Of a stretch of DNA of 23,650 nt, positions 15,514 through 23,650 are shown in pieces (positions within the stretch are counted from its first letter, which is position 1; each line of letters starts with the position of its first letter). A model generated the notes under the pieces. It worked only from the letters and a program-made list of their open reading frames with translations, was not told where the DNA came from and did no database searches. Source of the stretch: Clostridia bacterium (lineage in GTDB: Bacteria; Bacillota; Clostridia; Christensenellales; Aristaeellaceae); NCBI GenBank assembly GCA_024404275.1, contig JAKSQG010000007.1:1-23650 (forward strand). The letters are read 5' to 3'. A program made the translations under genes and the position numbers.

Positions 15514-17670
15514 TCAGTTGTTGCTGTCACGACGCGGCGGACGGCGGCGATCCCCCATCGCGGGACGGGGAGCGACCGGGCGGGTATACACCATGTCGTT
15601 GCGGATCAGGTTGACACGACCCTGAGAGTCGATCTCGCTGACCTTGACTTCAACTTCGTCACCGATGTTGAACACATCCTCAACCTTCTCCACGCGCTCG
15701 TTGGCGAGCTTGGAGATGTGCAGCAGGCCATCCTTGCCGGGCAGCAGCTCGACGAAGGCGCCCATGGTGCTCAGAATGCGCACAACCTTGCCGTGATACA
15801 CCTCACCGACCTCGATGTCCTTGGCGATGCCTTCGATGATGCGGCGGGCCTTGGCGGCGGCCTCTTCATCGGCGGTGGCGATGGCCACGCGGCCGTCGTC
15901 TTCGATGTCGATCTTCACGCCGGTTTCGGCAATGATCTTGTTGATCATCTTGCCGCCGGGTCCGATGACTTCGCGGATCTTATCGGGGTTGATGTTGAAG
16001 CAGGTGATCTTGGGAGCATAGGGGCTCATGGTCGCACGAGGAGCGGGCAGGCATTCCAGCATCTTGCCGAGAATGAACATTCTGCCGTCCTGAGCCTGCA
16101 TCAGGGCACGGCTCAGAATGGAGCGGTCAATGCCCTTGATCTTGATATCCATCTGGATGGCGGTGATACCGTTCTGGGTACCGGCCACCTTGAAGTCCAT
16201 GTCGCCCAGGAAGTCTTCCAGACCCTGAATATCGGTCAGGACGACGACCTTGTCGCTCTTGTCATCCTTGATCAGACCCATGGCCACGCCGGCAACGGGG
16301 GCCTTGATCGGCACGCCGGCGTCCATCAGGCTCAGGGTGCTGCCGCAAACGGAAGCCATGGAAGAGGAACCGTTGGAGGACAGGATCTCGCTGACCAGAC
16401 GCAGGGCATAGGGGAACTCATCCTCGGAGGGGATGACGGGCTCCAGAGCACGCTCCGCCAGGGCACCGTGACCGATCTCACGACGGCCGGGGGCCTTCAT
16501 GCGGCCGGCTTCGCCGGTAGCATACGGCGGCATGTTGTAGTGATGAATGTAGCGCTTGCTTTCTTCTTCAGACAGACCATCCAGCTGCTGGGCTTCACGC
16601 AGGGAGCCGAGAGTGGTAACGGTCAGGGCCTGAGTCTGGCCGCGGGTGAACACGGCGCTGCCGTGGGTGCGGGCCAGAATGCCGGTCTCGCACCAGATGG
16701 GGCGGATCTCGGTGATCTGGCGGCCATCAGCACGGATGCCCTTGTCCAGAATGCGGCGGCGCATGACTTCCTTGTTGAGGTAGTACAGGGCATCGGCCAC
16801 TTCGCCCTCACGGCCGGCAAACTGCTCGGCAAAGTGGGCGGCGACTTCCTGCTTCACCTGCTCCTCACGCTGCTGGCGCTCGGAACGGTCGAAGGTGTCA
16901 TAGGACCACACGGCCTTGTCATAGGCGTATTCACGCACAGCGGCGGTGACGTCGGCACCGGTCTCGTTGAGCGGGAAGGGGCGCTTTTCCTTGCCGATCT
17001 CGGCAACGATGCCCTCCTGGAAGGCAACCAGCTTTTTGATCTCTTCATGAGCGAAGAGGATGGCATCCAGCATGGTGTCCTCGGAGATCTCCTTGGCGCC
17101 GGCTTCCACCATCATGATGGCGTCCTTGGTGCCGGCCACATACAGGCTCAGGCAGGACTTGGCGCGCTGCTCGGCATTGGGCATAACGACATACTTGCCG
17201 TCCACCATGCCGATATGAACGGAACCGGTGGGGCCCGCCCAGGGAATATCGCTCACGCACAGGGCAATGGAAGAGCCCAGCATGGCGGGAATTTCGGGCG
17301 GAATATTGGTATCAACCGACAGAGCGGTGGCAACCACCTGCACATCGTTGCGCATTCCCTTGGGGAACAGCGGGCGCAGGGGGCGGTCGATCAGGCGGCA
17401 GGTCAGGGTCGCCTTTTCGGTGGGACGGCCTTCACGCTTGATGAAGCCGCCGGGAATCTTACCCACCGCGTACTGCTTTTCTTCAAAGTCAACCGCCAGA
17501 GGGAAGAAATCGACGCCCTCACGGGGAGTGTCGGAGGCGCATACGTTGACGATGACGGCGGTATCGCCGAGACGCACCAGTACGGAGCCGTCCGCCTGCT
17601 CGGCATAGTGACCAAACTCAAAGGAGAGCTTGTAGCCGGCAAAGTCGGTTGTGTAGATCTTGCGTTCCAT
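15514..17670 (-). CDS. pnp: Polyribonucleotide nucleotidyltransferase (PNPase)
   Basis: Two RNase PH domains, then KH (PDKIREVIGPGGKMINKI) and S1 (GEVYHGKVVRILSTMGAFVELLPGKDGLLHISKL) domains. It lies downstream of rpsO. I chose the ATG at 17670 (MERKIYTTDFAG...), giving 718 aa. Confidence 0.95.
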   Translation of the reverse strand: MERKIYTTDFAGYKLSFEFGHYAEQADGSVLVRLGDTAVIVNVCASDTPREGVDFFPLAVDFEEKQYAVGKIPGGFIKREGRPTEKATLTCRLIDRPLRPLFPKGMRNDVQVVATALSVDTNIPPEIPAMLGSSIALCVSDIPWAGPTGSVHIGMVDGKYVVMPNAEQRAKSCLSLYVAGTKDAIMMVEAGAKEISEDTMLDAILFAHEEIKKLVAFQEGIVAEIGKEKRPFPLNETGADVTAAVREYAYDKAVWSYDTFDRSERQQREEQVKQEVAAHFAEQFAGREGEVADALYYLNKEVMRRRILDKGIRADGRQITEIRPIWCETGILARTHGSAVFTRGQTQALTVTTLGSLREAQQLDGLSEEESKRYIHHYNMPPYATGEAGRMKAPGRREIGHGALAERALEPVIPSEDEFPYALRLVSEILSSNGSSSMASVCGSTLSLMDAGVPIKAPVAGVAMGLIKDDKSDKVVVLTDIQGLEDFLGDMDFKVAGTQNGITAIQMDIKIKGIDRSILSRALMQAQDGRMFILGKMLECLPAPRATMSPYAPKITCFNINPDKIREVIGPGGKMINKIIAETGVKIDIEDDGRVAIATADEEAAAKARRIIEGIAKDIEVGEVYHGKVVRILSTMGAFVELLPGKDGLLHISKLANERVEKVEDVFNIGDEVEVKVSEIDSQGRVNLIRNDMVYTRPVAPRPAMGDRRRPPRRDSNN

Positions 17671-17730
17671 GTTTCTTTTTTTCCTCCACATCTTCTTCTC
17701 ACATACGGCGCATCCCGCACCGCATGCCTG

Positions 17731-17756
17731 CTGCCGCGGAAACCATTCCGGGGCAG
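17731..17756 (-). promoter_or_regulatory. Stem-loop in the pnp 5' leader
   Basis: Minus strand: CTGCCCCGG, an 8-nt loop, then CCGCGGCAG (9 bp with one mismatch). It lies between the rpsO terminator and the pnp RBS. In position it resembles the processed leader hairpins used in pnp autoregulation in other bacteria. Confidence 0.4.
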
Positions 17757-17760
17757 TGCT

Positions 17761-17825
17761 TAAACAAAAGGCTGACGTCAACAGGGGCTTCAGCCGCCGA
17801 TTGATCCGTCAGCCTTTGTTTTTGC
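17761..17825 (-). terminator. rpsO terminator/attenuator hairpin with a long loop
   Basis: Minus strand: CAAAGGCTGACG (17819-17808) pairs with CGTCAGCCTTTTG (17777-17765). It is followed by TTTGTTTAAG. The loop of about 30 nt is partly self-complementary. Confidence 0.65.
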
Positions 17826-17827
17826 GC

Positions 17828-18094
17828 TTACTTGCGCAGACCCAGACGAGCGACCAGAGAACGATAACGCTCGATGTCGGTCTTCTTCAGGTAGTCCAGC
17901 AGACCACGGCGCTGGCCAACCATCAGGAGCAGGCCACGACGGCTGTGATGGTCGTTCTTGTTGCTCTTCAGATGCTCGTTCAGATGATTGATACGGGCGG
18001 TCAGCAGAGCGACCTGCACTTCGGGAGAACCGGTGTCACCTTCGTGACGGGCGTACTCGGCCATGATCGCGGCCTTGTTGATGACTTCGGACAT
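17828..18094 (-). CDS. rpsO: 30S ribosomal protein S15
   Basis: An 88-aa protein with the canonical S15 sequence ([51 protein letters not shown]). AAGGAGGA RBS. Confidence 0.97.
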   Translation of the reverse strand: MSEVINKAAIMAEYARHEGDTGSPEVQVALLTARINHLNEHLKSNKNDHHSRRGLLLMVGQRRGLLDYLKKTDIERYRSLVARLGLRK

Positions 18095-18240
18095 TGTGGT
18101 ATCCTCCTTGATTATTTGGGGATGGCGCCCTTTTATCGTTAATCGCCGTGTGCGCAGAAAGCCGTCGGAGTGTCGGCAGCCCGCGCGCGCGGTTCATTTG
18201 CCATCTTTGTTATTCTACCATGAAAACAGGCGTTTGTAAA
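18095..18240 (-). promoter_or_regulatory. rpsO promoter plus a GC-rich structured 5' leader of about 110 nt
   Basis: Minus strand: TTTACA (18240-18235), 17 nt, then TAGAAT (18217-18212). The leader has a closing helix GATGGC (18205-18200) with GCCATC (18126-18121) just upstream of the RBS. Nested GC-rich complementary segments lie between them. Confidence 0.5.
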
Positions 18241-18276
18241 CGGTTTCCGGCTGAAAATTTCCGGATGGAAACGATA

Positions 18277-19455
18277 TTATACATTCTCAAAAAAGGGCTT
18301 TCCGTCGGCGTGGCACAGGGTGCCCATTTCGTCAAATTCCAGCTTTTCGGGCTTGTCATCCTGCAGATAACGGAGAATTTCGTCCATACGGACCGATTCC
18401 TGAAAACTCATCAGCGTAAAGGCGGCACCGCTGCGCTTGGCACGGCCCGTGCGGCCGATGCGGTGGGTGTAATATTCGTTTTCCTGCGGCAGGTCATAAT
18501 TGATGACGGCTTCCACATCATAGACGTCGATGCCGCGGGCGGCGACATCCGTGCAGACCATGATGGGGAATTTGCCCTTTTTGTAATCTTGCATCACGTG
18601 GTTGCGCTTGGACTGGGGAATATCGCCGTGGATACATTCGGCCTCGTAGCCGCGCTTTTTGAGGAAGGAGGTCAGACGGTCGGTCATGAATTTGGTGTTG
18701 GTAAAGATCATGACACGGCTGTAGGCATCGCTGTCCAGCAGGTACAGCAAACGCTCTTCCTTGTTGCTGCGGTCGGCCTCGATGATGTATTGGGCAATCT
18801 TGGGACGGTTCTCATTGACGGCGGCAATGGTCACTTCCACCGGTTGGTACTGATACTTCCAGCTGATGGTCATGACGTCCTGGTTGGTGGTGGCGGAGAA
18901 AAGTACCAATTGACGGTTGGCGGGGGTGGCTTCGATGATGGAGCACACATCCTTGACAAAGCCCATCTTGAGCATTTCGTCGGCTTCATCAATGACCATG
19001 GTGTGCACGCCGTCCAGCCGGGCCAGACCGCGATGCATCATATCCAGCATACGGCCGGGCGTCGCCACGACGATCTGGGGCTTGCGGCGCAGCTGGGCAA
19101 TCTGCTTGGGAATGGGCTGCCCGCCGTACAGCGTGGCGATGCGGCATTCGGGAATAAAGCGGGCCAGGGCGGTCAGCTCATCGGCGATCTGCACAGCCAG
19201 CTCGCGGGTGGGGGCGATGACCAGCTCCTGAATGCCGTCATCCTTGAGCTGAAGGTACTCCAGCATGGGGATGCCGAAGGCGCAGGTCTTGCCGGTGCCG
19301 GTAGGGGCGATGGCGATGACATCGTTACCGGCCATCATGAGGGGGATGGTTTGCGCCTGCACAGGGGTCATGGATTTGAAGCCCATTTTGTCAATGGCTT
19401 TGAGGACCTCGCCGGAAATGTCCAGCGAGGAAAAGAGGGATGCATTTTCAGACAC
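18277..19455 (-). CDS. DEAD-box ATP-dependent RNA helicase (core only, 392 aa)
   Basis: Q motif (F...GFKSMTPVQAQ), motif I APTGTGKT, motif Ia PTRELA, motif II VIDEADEM, motif III SAT and motif VI HRIGRTGRA are all present. The GTG start at 19455 is required to include the Q motif. Confidence 0.9.
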   Translation of the reverse strand: MSENASLFSSLDISGEVLKAIDKMGFKSMTPVQAQTIPLMMAGNDVIAIAPTGTGKTCAFGIPMLEYLQLKDDGIQELVIAPTRELAVQIADELTALARFIPECRIATLYGGQPIPKQIAQLRRKPQIVVATPGRMLDMMHRGLARLDGVHTMVIDEADEMLKMGFVKDVCSIIEATPANRQLVLFSATTNQDVMTISWKYQYQPVEVTIAAVNENRPKIAQYIIEADRSNKEERLLYLLDSDAYSRVMIFTNTKFMTDRLTSFLKKRGYEAECIHGDIPQSKRNHVMQDYKKGKFPIMVCTDVAARGIDVYDVEAVINYDLPQENEYYTHRIGRTGRAKRSGAAFTLMSFQESVRMDEILRYLQDDKPEKLEFDEMGTLCHADGKPFFENV

Positions 19456-19482
19456 GGGTATTTGCCTTTCTTGCTGTATTCA

Positions 19483-20805
19483 TCAGTCAATCAGGCCGCG
19501 GAATTTGGCGAGACGGACAACGCCTTCCACCATGCCCTCGGCCAGCCAGTTCTGGTATACTTCGGTGTTCATTTTGAGGTCTTCTTCCGCGTTGGAGAAG
19601 TAGCCCATTTCGATCAGGAAGCTGGGCATCTTGGACCAGTTGTTGCCGACATAGTTGTTGTTGAGCGTGACCCCGCCGTCGGGGGCACCGGTCTTTTCCA
19701 TCATGGCGTTGAGCAGGATCTTGCCCATCTCACGATAAGTGGCCTCGTCCGCAACCGCCTTGGCATACACGGAGGAGAGGGGAGAATAGATGTTGATGCC
19801 CTGACGGGTTTTGTCGTCGTTGGCGTTGGTGTGCAGGCGAAGAACAAAATCGGCGCCGGCGTTGTTGGGAATGTCGGCACGTTCCAGCATACCCACAAAG
19901 GTTTCCATGACTTCACGGGTCATGACCACATCGGCGCCCTCGGCGAGGAGCAGGTCGCGCAGTTTCATGCCCACCTCGAGCGTGTAGATGTTTTCACGGC
20001 GGCCCGTTGCGGCGCCGCCGGCCATACCGGGTGTGGTGGTGGTGGTGCGGCCGGTGTTTTCGGGCATGGTGTAGACCGTTTCAATCTGCGTCTGGCGCTG
20101 ATGACCGGGGTCGATGCACACGGTAACGCCGGTCAGACGGCCTTTTTCCGCCTTGGCGGGAGCGGGATCAAAATGGACATAATTGAAGAAGCTTTCGCTG
20201 AACAGCTCGCTGCCGTTCATGCCGGACAGACCGGTGACGGTGATGGTGGCATCCTGGAAAGTGCAGGGCATGGCCACGACGCCTTCATAATGATAGGAGG
20301 CATCGGCGGCATAAACACGGATAAAATGGCATTCGGAAGCACTGCGGACCTTGAGTACCATGGTGGAGCGGCCGGGGGCGGTAAAACTGTAGTGTACACC
20401 GTCTGCTTCAGCGGAAGTGAAGATGTTGGTCACACGGGAGGTGGTAACGTCTGCCGGGGTGCCGGCGGGAACGCCGCTGTCGGAGGCTTCCACGGGTTTG
20501 CCCTTGGCGGAGCACAGCGCTGCATTTTTGAGGTTGTACACGGTCAGCGTGTATTTTTCCTTGCCGAAGGTGCCGGGCAGCGGCAATGTGCCCGTGAAAA
20601 CACCGTTTTCGCTGTACAGGGTGATCTCATCGCGGTCGTAATCCGTTTCAAGCAATACCTGAACAAAGTTCTCCCCGGGAAGGGTGACCTGGAAGCGGAC
20701 GGCATGCTCAAGGGCCTTCAGCTTGATGGCAGCTTCACCCGAAGCGGAAGCGGCGCAGAAAGCCAGCAGTACGCAGAGAAAAATCAGGGAAATCAACCGT
20801 TTCAT
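19483..20805 (-). CDS. Secreted N-acetylmuramoyl-L-alanine amidase (Amidase_3) with an N-terminal beta-rich region of about 190 aa
   Basis: Signal peptide MKRLISLIFLCVLLAFCAASASG. The C-terminal Amidase_3 motifs are VCIDPGHQ, ADFVLRLHTNA and PSFLIEMGYFSN. I chose the ATG at 20805 (GGAGG plus 10 nt) over the track's TTG. Confidence 0.85.
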   Translation of the reverse strand: MKRLISLIFLCVLLAFCAASASGEAAIKLKALEHAVRFQVTLPGENFVQVLLETDYDRDEITLYSENGVFTGTLPLPGTFGKEKYTLTVYNLKNAALCSAKGKPVEASDSGVPAGTPADVTTSRVTNIFTSAEADGVHYSFTAPGRSTMVLKVRSASECHFIRVYAADASYHYEGVVAMPCTFQDATITVTGLSGMNGSELFSESFFNYVHFDPAPAKAEKGRLTGVTVCIDPGHQRQTQIETVYTMPENTGRTTTTTPGMAGGAATGRRENIYTLEVGMKLRDLLLAEGADVVMTREVMETFVGMLERADIPNNAGADFVLRLHTNANDDKTRQGINIYSPLSSVYAKAVADEATYREMGKILLNAMMEKTGAPDGGVTLNNNYVGNNWSKMPSFLIEMGYFSNAEEDLKMNTEVYQNWLAEGMVEGVVRLAKFRGLID

Positions 20806-20837
20806 CGGCAATCAACCTCCGGACAGAAAATCACTTC

Positions 20838-20867
20838 ATTATACAATTTGAGGCGCTGCTGTGTCAA
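20838..20867 (-). promoter_or_regulatory. Sigma-70 promoter for the amidase (and probably helicase) transcript
   Basis: Minus strand: TTGACA (20867-20862), an 18-nt spacer, then TG-extended TATAAT (20843-20838). Confidence 0.6.
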
Positions 20868-20869
20868 GC

Positions 20870-20898
20870 TTGCAAACGCTTCGCCGTTGTTCTATAAT
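20870..20898 (+). promoter_or_regulatory. Sigma-70 promoter for murI
   Basis: TTGCAA (20870-20875), a 17-nt spacer, then TATAAT (20893-20898). GGAGGG RBS at 20925-20930. Confidence 0.6.
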
Positions 20899-20934
20899 AA
20901 AAACAACAGAGTTGAAAAGACATCGGAGGGCGTT

Positions 20935-21708
20935 ATGAATTCATCGGCTCCCATCGGAATTTTTGACAGCGGCGTGGGCGGCATCAGCGTGCTGAAGACC
21001 GCGTTGGCGCTTTTGCCCAAGGAAAGATTTGTGTATTACGGGGACAGTGCCCATGCTCCTTACGGCACCCGCCCGGAGGAGGAAGTACGCGTCCTTGCCC
21101 GCAATGTAACGGAATTTTTGCTGAAAAAGGGCTGCAAAGCCATTGTGATTGCGTGCAATACCGCTACGTGTGCCGCGGCACAAGCGCTGCGTGAAGAGAA
21201 CAAGAATCTGATCATTGTCGGCATGGAACCCGCGCTGAAGCTGGCGCATGATACCTGCCCCGAAGGCACCATTGCCGTGCTGGCGACACCGCTTTCCCTC
21301 AGCAGTGCCAAATACCGTGCGTTGTATGAAAAATACGGTGAGCATTCCGTTTCGGTACCGTGCGCCGGGCTGATGGAGCTGGTGGAAAAGGGAGAGACCG
21401 ATTCTGCCGAAGTGACGGAATACCTGAGTGAAAAGCTGGGTCCCTTCATGACGGACGGCAGCCTTTCCGCCGTGGTGCTCGGCTGTACCCATTATGTGTT
21501 TTTAAAGGACGCCGTCAAACGGGTCGTTGGTGACCGGGTGCGTGTGCTGGACGGCAACGAAGGCACAGTGCGGCAGCTGATGCGGCGTTTGAATGAACAG
21601 GGATTGCTGAATGAGGGGGCATTGGCTGACCTGCCGCGCTGCGAATTGAACACTTCCGGCAGTGAGGAAGACCTTGCGGTGATGAAAATGCTGCTGGAAA
21701 AGCCCTGA
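20935..21708 (+). CDS. murI: Glutamate racemase
   Basis: Motifs IGIFDSGVGGISV, the catalytic Cys motifs VIACNTA and LGCTHY, and YYGDSAHAPYG are present. Only the last 257 codons of the 1186-aa track ORF are real. ATG at 20935. Confidence 0.93.
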   Translation: MNSSAPIGIFDSGVGGISVLKTALALLPKERFVYYGDSAHAPYGTRPEEEVRVLARNVTEFLLKKGCKAIVIACNTATCAAAQALREENKNLIIVGMEPALKLAHDTCPEGTIAVLATPLSLSSAKYRALYEKYGEHSVSVPCAGLMELVEKGETDSAEVTEYLSEKLGPFMTDGSLSAVVLGCTHYVFLKDAVKRVVGDRVRVLDGNEGTVRQLMRRLNEQGLLNEGALADLPRCELNTSGSEEDLAVMKMLLEKP

Positions 21709-21764
21709 AACCTGTAAATCATCGTGCCAATTTGTACAAAAAGGTAAAAAAACGGTCAAAATAC

Positions 21765-21793
21765 TTGCGTTCCCTCCGAATATCTGCTATAAT
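21765..21793 (+). promoter_or_regulatory. Sigma-70 promoter for the EF-G-like gene
   Basis: TTGCGT (21765-21770), a 17-nt spacer, then an extended -10 TGCTATAAT (TATAAT at 21788-21793). The 5' UTR contains an 8-bp hairpin, TTGTGTTT (21807-21814) with AAACACAA (21831-21838). Confidence 0.55.
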
Positions 21794-21868
21794 GCCGCTT
21801 AAGAGATTGTGTTTGTGAAAAACAGAACATAAAACACAAAGAAAATTTATAACGGGAGGAAACTCAAA

Positions 21869-23650
21869 ATGGCTGATTACATGACGAATTGTATTCGTAA
21901 TATCGCCCTCATGGGACATGGCGGCGAGGGCAAAACAACGCTGACCGAGGCGATGCTCTACGCCGCGAAAATTATCGATCGTCAGGGCAAGGTCGAAGAC
22001 GGTACCACTACCACCGACTTTGAGCCTGAAGAGATCCGCCGCAAGTGTTCCATCAGCGCCGCTCTGGCGCCTATCGACTGGAACGACAAGATGCTCAACA
22101 TCGTGGACGTTCCCGGTTACTTTGATTTTGTGGGTGAGACGGTCGGTCCCCTGCGTGTGGTCGAAACCGCCTGTATCGTGGTCAGCGCCGCTTCCGGTCT
22201 GACTGTAGGCGCCGAAAAAGCTTTTACCCGTGCCGTCAAGAGCGGTGTGGGCCGTATGTATGTGATCAATCAGATGGACCGTGAAAACGTGTCCTTCTCC
22301 AATACGCTGCAGCAGCTGCGTGAACGTCACGGCTCCTGCGTGGTTCCCGTGCTGATCCCCATCGGCGAGGGTCCCGATTTCCGCGGCGTTGTCAATGTGC
22401 TGGACGGCAAGGCCTATGAAGGCGCTTATGAAAAGAGCGTGGAAGTGCCGATGCCCGAAAACATGAAGGAGCGCGTGGCCCGTGCTCTGGACGCCATCAC
22501 CGAGCAGGTCGCCAGCGATGACGAAGTGCTGATGGAAAAGTATTTCTCCGGTGAGGAGATCACGCCCGAAGAGCTGCTGAACGGCTTCCATAAGGGCATG
22601 AAGGACGGTTCCATCGTTCCCGTGTGCGCCTGCTCCGCCCTGACCGGCGTGGGTATTGCCCGCATGATGGACCTGATGGCCAAGTACCTGCCCTCTCCCA
22701 AGCATCAGGGTATTGTACATGAAGGCTTCAACCCCCGCAACGGCGAAGCTGTCACCCGCACCTGCGTGGACGAAGAGCCCTTCTCCGCTTACATCTTCAA
22801 GACCATTGCCGACCCCTTCGTTGGCAAGCTGAGCCTGTTCAGAATCTTCTCCGGTACGCTGACCAGCGATACGACGCTGTACAACGTCAATAAGGACAAG
22901 ACCGAAAAGATGTCCGGTATCTATATCCTGCGCGGCAAGAAGCAGGTGGCCAAAAAGCTCCTGCACGCCGGTGATATGGGCGCCCTCAACAAGCTGCAGT
23001 TCTCCGCCACCGGCGATACGCTGTGCGATTACAACCATCCCATTCAGTATTCTCAGCTGGCCTTCCCGGCTCCCTGCTTCAGCAAGGCTGTGTATGCCGC
23101 CAAGCAGGGTGAAGAAGACAAGGTCTTCGGCGGCCTGTCCCGTCTGGCTGAAGAAGATCCCTCCATCGTTATCAGCAAGGATCCCGATACCACCGAGACG
23201 CTGCTGAGCGGCCAGGGCGAAATGCATCTGGATGTCATCCGCAACAAGCTGGCGGCCAAGTTCAACGCCAACGCGCTGCTGCAGGATCCCAAGATTGCTT
23301 ACCGTGAGTCCATCCGCCGTCCCATCGATGTTGAAGGACGCCATAAGAAGCAGACCGGCGGTCATGGCCAGTTCGGCGATGTTAAGATCAAGTTCCGTCC
23401 CAATGACGACCCGAACGATACCGAGTTCCATTTTGAAGATGCCGTCGTGGGCGGCACCGTCCCGCGCAACTTCATCCCCGCTGTTGAAAAGGGTCTGCGT
23501 GAAAACATCAAGCACGGCGTGCTGGCCGGCTATCCCGTTGTGGGTCTGACCGCGCAGCTGTACGACGGCGGCTATCATCCCGTTGACTCCTCTGAAATGG
23601 CCTTCAAGACGGCTGCACGTCTGGCCTTCAAGCAGCTGACCGGCGCTATG
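21869..23650 (+). CDS. Elongation factor G paralog (EF-G2/EFG-II type translational GTPase). The 3' end is off-window (594 codons seen).
   Basis: This ORF is absent from the ORF track because it has no stop codon in the window. I translated it by hand in frame 2 from the ATG at 21869 (GGGAGGA RBS). Features seen: GHGGEGKTTLTEAMLY (G1), EDGTTTTDFEPEE (G2), DVPGYFDFVGE (G3), NQMD (G4), KKQTGGHGQFGDV and YHPVDSSEMAFKTAARLAFK. It is not in an rpsL-rpsG-fusA-tuf context. Confidence 0.88.
   Translation, partial: MADYMTNCIRNIALMGHGGEGKTTLTEAMLYAAKIIDRQGKVEDGTTTTDFEPEEIRRKCSISAALAPIDWNDKMLNIVDVPGYFDFVGETVGPLRVVETACIVVSAASGLTVGAEKAFTRAVKSGVGRMYVINQMDRENVSFSNTLQQLRERHGSCVVPVLIPIGEGPDFRGVVNVLDGKAYEGAYEKSVEVPMPENMKERVARALDAITEQVASDDEVLMEKYFSGEEITPEELLNGFHKGMKDGSIVPVCACSALTGVGIARMMDLMAKYLPSPKHQGIVHEGFNPRNGEAVTRTCVDEEPFSAYIFKTIADPFVGKLSLFRIFSGTLTSDTTLYNVNKDKTEKMSGIYILRGKKQVAKKLLHAGDMGALNKLQFSATGDTLCDYNHPIQYSQLAFPAPCFSKAVYAAKQGEEDKVFGGLSRLAEEDPSIVISKDPDTTETLLSGQGEMHLDVIRNKLAAKFNANALLQDPKIAYRESIRRPIDVEGRHKKQTGGHGQFGDVKIKFRPNDDPNDTEFHFEDAVVGGTVPRNFIPAVEKGLRENIKHGVLAGYPVVGLTAQLYDGGYHPVDSSEMAFKTAARLAFKQLTGAM

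Noticed and set aside
15405-17781. N-terminal extensions proposed by the ORF track. Examples are pnp from 17781, M16 peptidase from 15470, livH from 8733, livJ from 10003, SIMPL from 12572, dUTPase from 14169, amidase from 20811 and proS from 1224.
   Set aside because: The extensions start at TTG, GTG or ATG codons with no RBS or badly spaced ones. They run through terminators or RBS sequences and add non-conserved residues. In each case an internal ATG with a well-spaced GGAGG-type RBS matches the conserved N-terminus of the family.
18241-18276. A candidate terminator hairpin after the DEAD-box helicase (GTTTCC...GGAAAC with inner CCGG repeats).
   Set aside because: The stem is imperfect and bulged and is not followed by a convincing U tract. 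It overlaps the rpsO promoter -35 region. The evidence is too weak to annotate.
18148-20934. The first roughly 930 codons of the 1186-aa + strand ORF 18148..21708.
   Set aside because: This part is antisense to the DEAD-box helicase and the amidase and crosses their promoter region. Only the segment from the ATG at 20935 has an RBS, a promoter and glutamate racemase motifs.
21731-21740. The perfect 10-bp palindrome TTTGTACAAA between murI and the EF-G-like gene.
   Set aside because: It is too short and AT-rich to be significant on its own. It cannot form a hairpin with a loop. It lies about 25 bp upstream of the -35 with no second copy. I keep it only as a note.
1-23650. A search for a defence system, CRISPR array, mobile element, prophage, tRNA or rRNA gene, or toxin-antitoxin pair.
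   Set aside because: I saw no direct-repeat/spacer arrays and no terminal inverted repeats or target-site duplications. No ORF translation contains integrase, transposase, recombinase, nuclease or methylase motifs. No cloverleaf-like segment appears in any intergenic region. All intergenic spaces are explained by promoters, leaders and terminators.

Overview
This window reads as an ordinary chromosomal core region of a moderately GC-rich Firmicute. A Clostridia or Oscillospiraceae-like origin is my inference from gene content, Gram-positive Shine-Dalgarno sites and GC-rich third codon positions. I support 21 coding regions. On the + strand: a CotH-kinase gene split by an in-frame TAG, proS, and a small orphan secreted protein. 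On the - strand: a cytoplasmic Cys-type sulfatase and a complete five-gene LIV-type branched-chain amino-acid ABC transporter operon (livJ-H-M-G-F). On the + strand: a small PII-like protein paired with a CPA2 cation:proton antiporter that lacks an RCK domain. On the - strand: a SIMPL-domain protein, a secreted protein of five tandem SH3b repeats, and the conserved rpsO-pnp-M16 peptidase-dimeric dUTPase cluster. Also on the - strand: a DEAD-box helicase and an Amidase_3 cell-wall amidase. On the + strand: murI and an EF-G2-type elongation factor paralog that runs off the 3' end and is missing from the ORF track. Most intergenic regions contain readable sigma-70 promoters (-35/17 nt/-10) and rho-independent terminators. 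I see no tRNA or rRNA genes, CRISPR arrays, transposases, integrases, phage genes or recognisable defence genes. I found no convincing evidence of a large novel system. The most interesting items are a two-gene PII-like/antiporter operon (hypothesis only) and the amber-interrupted cotH. Lesser items are a deviant G4 motif in the EF-G paralog and a repeat-containing AT-rich divergent control region. The many very long ORFs antisense to real genes are codon-bias shadows and were rejected.
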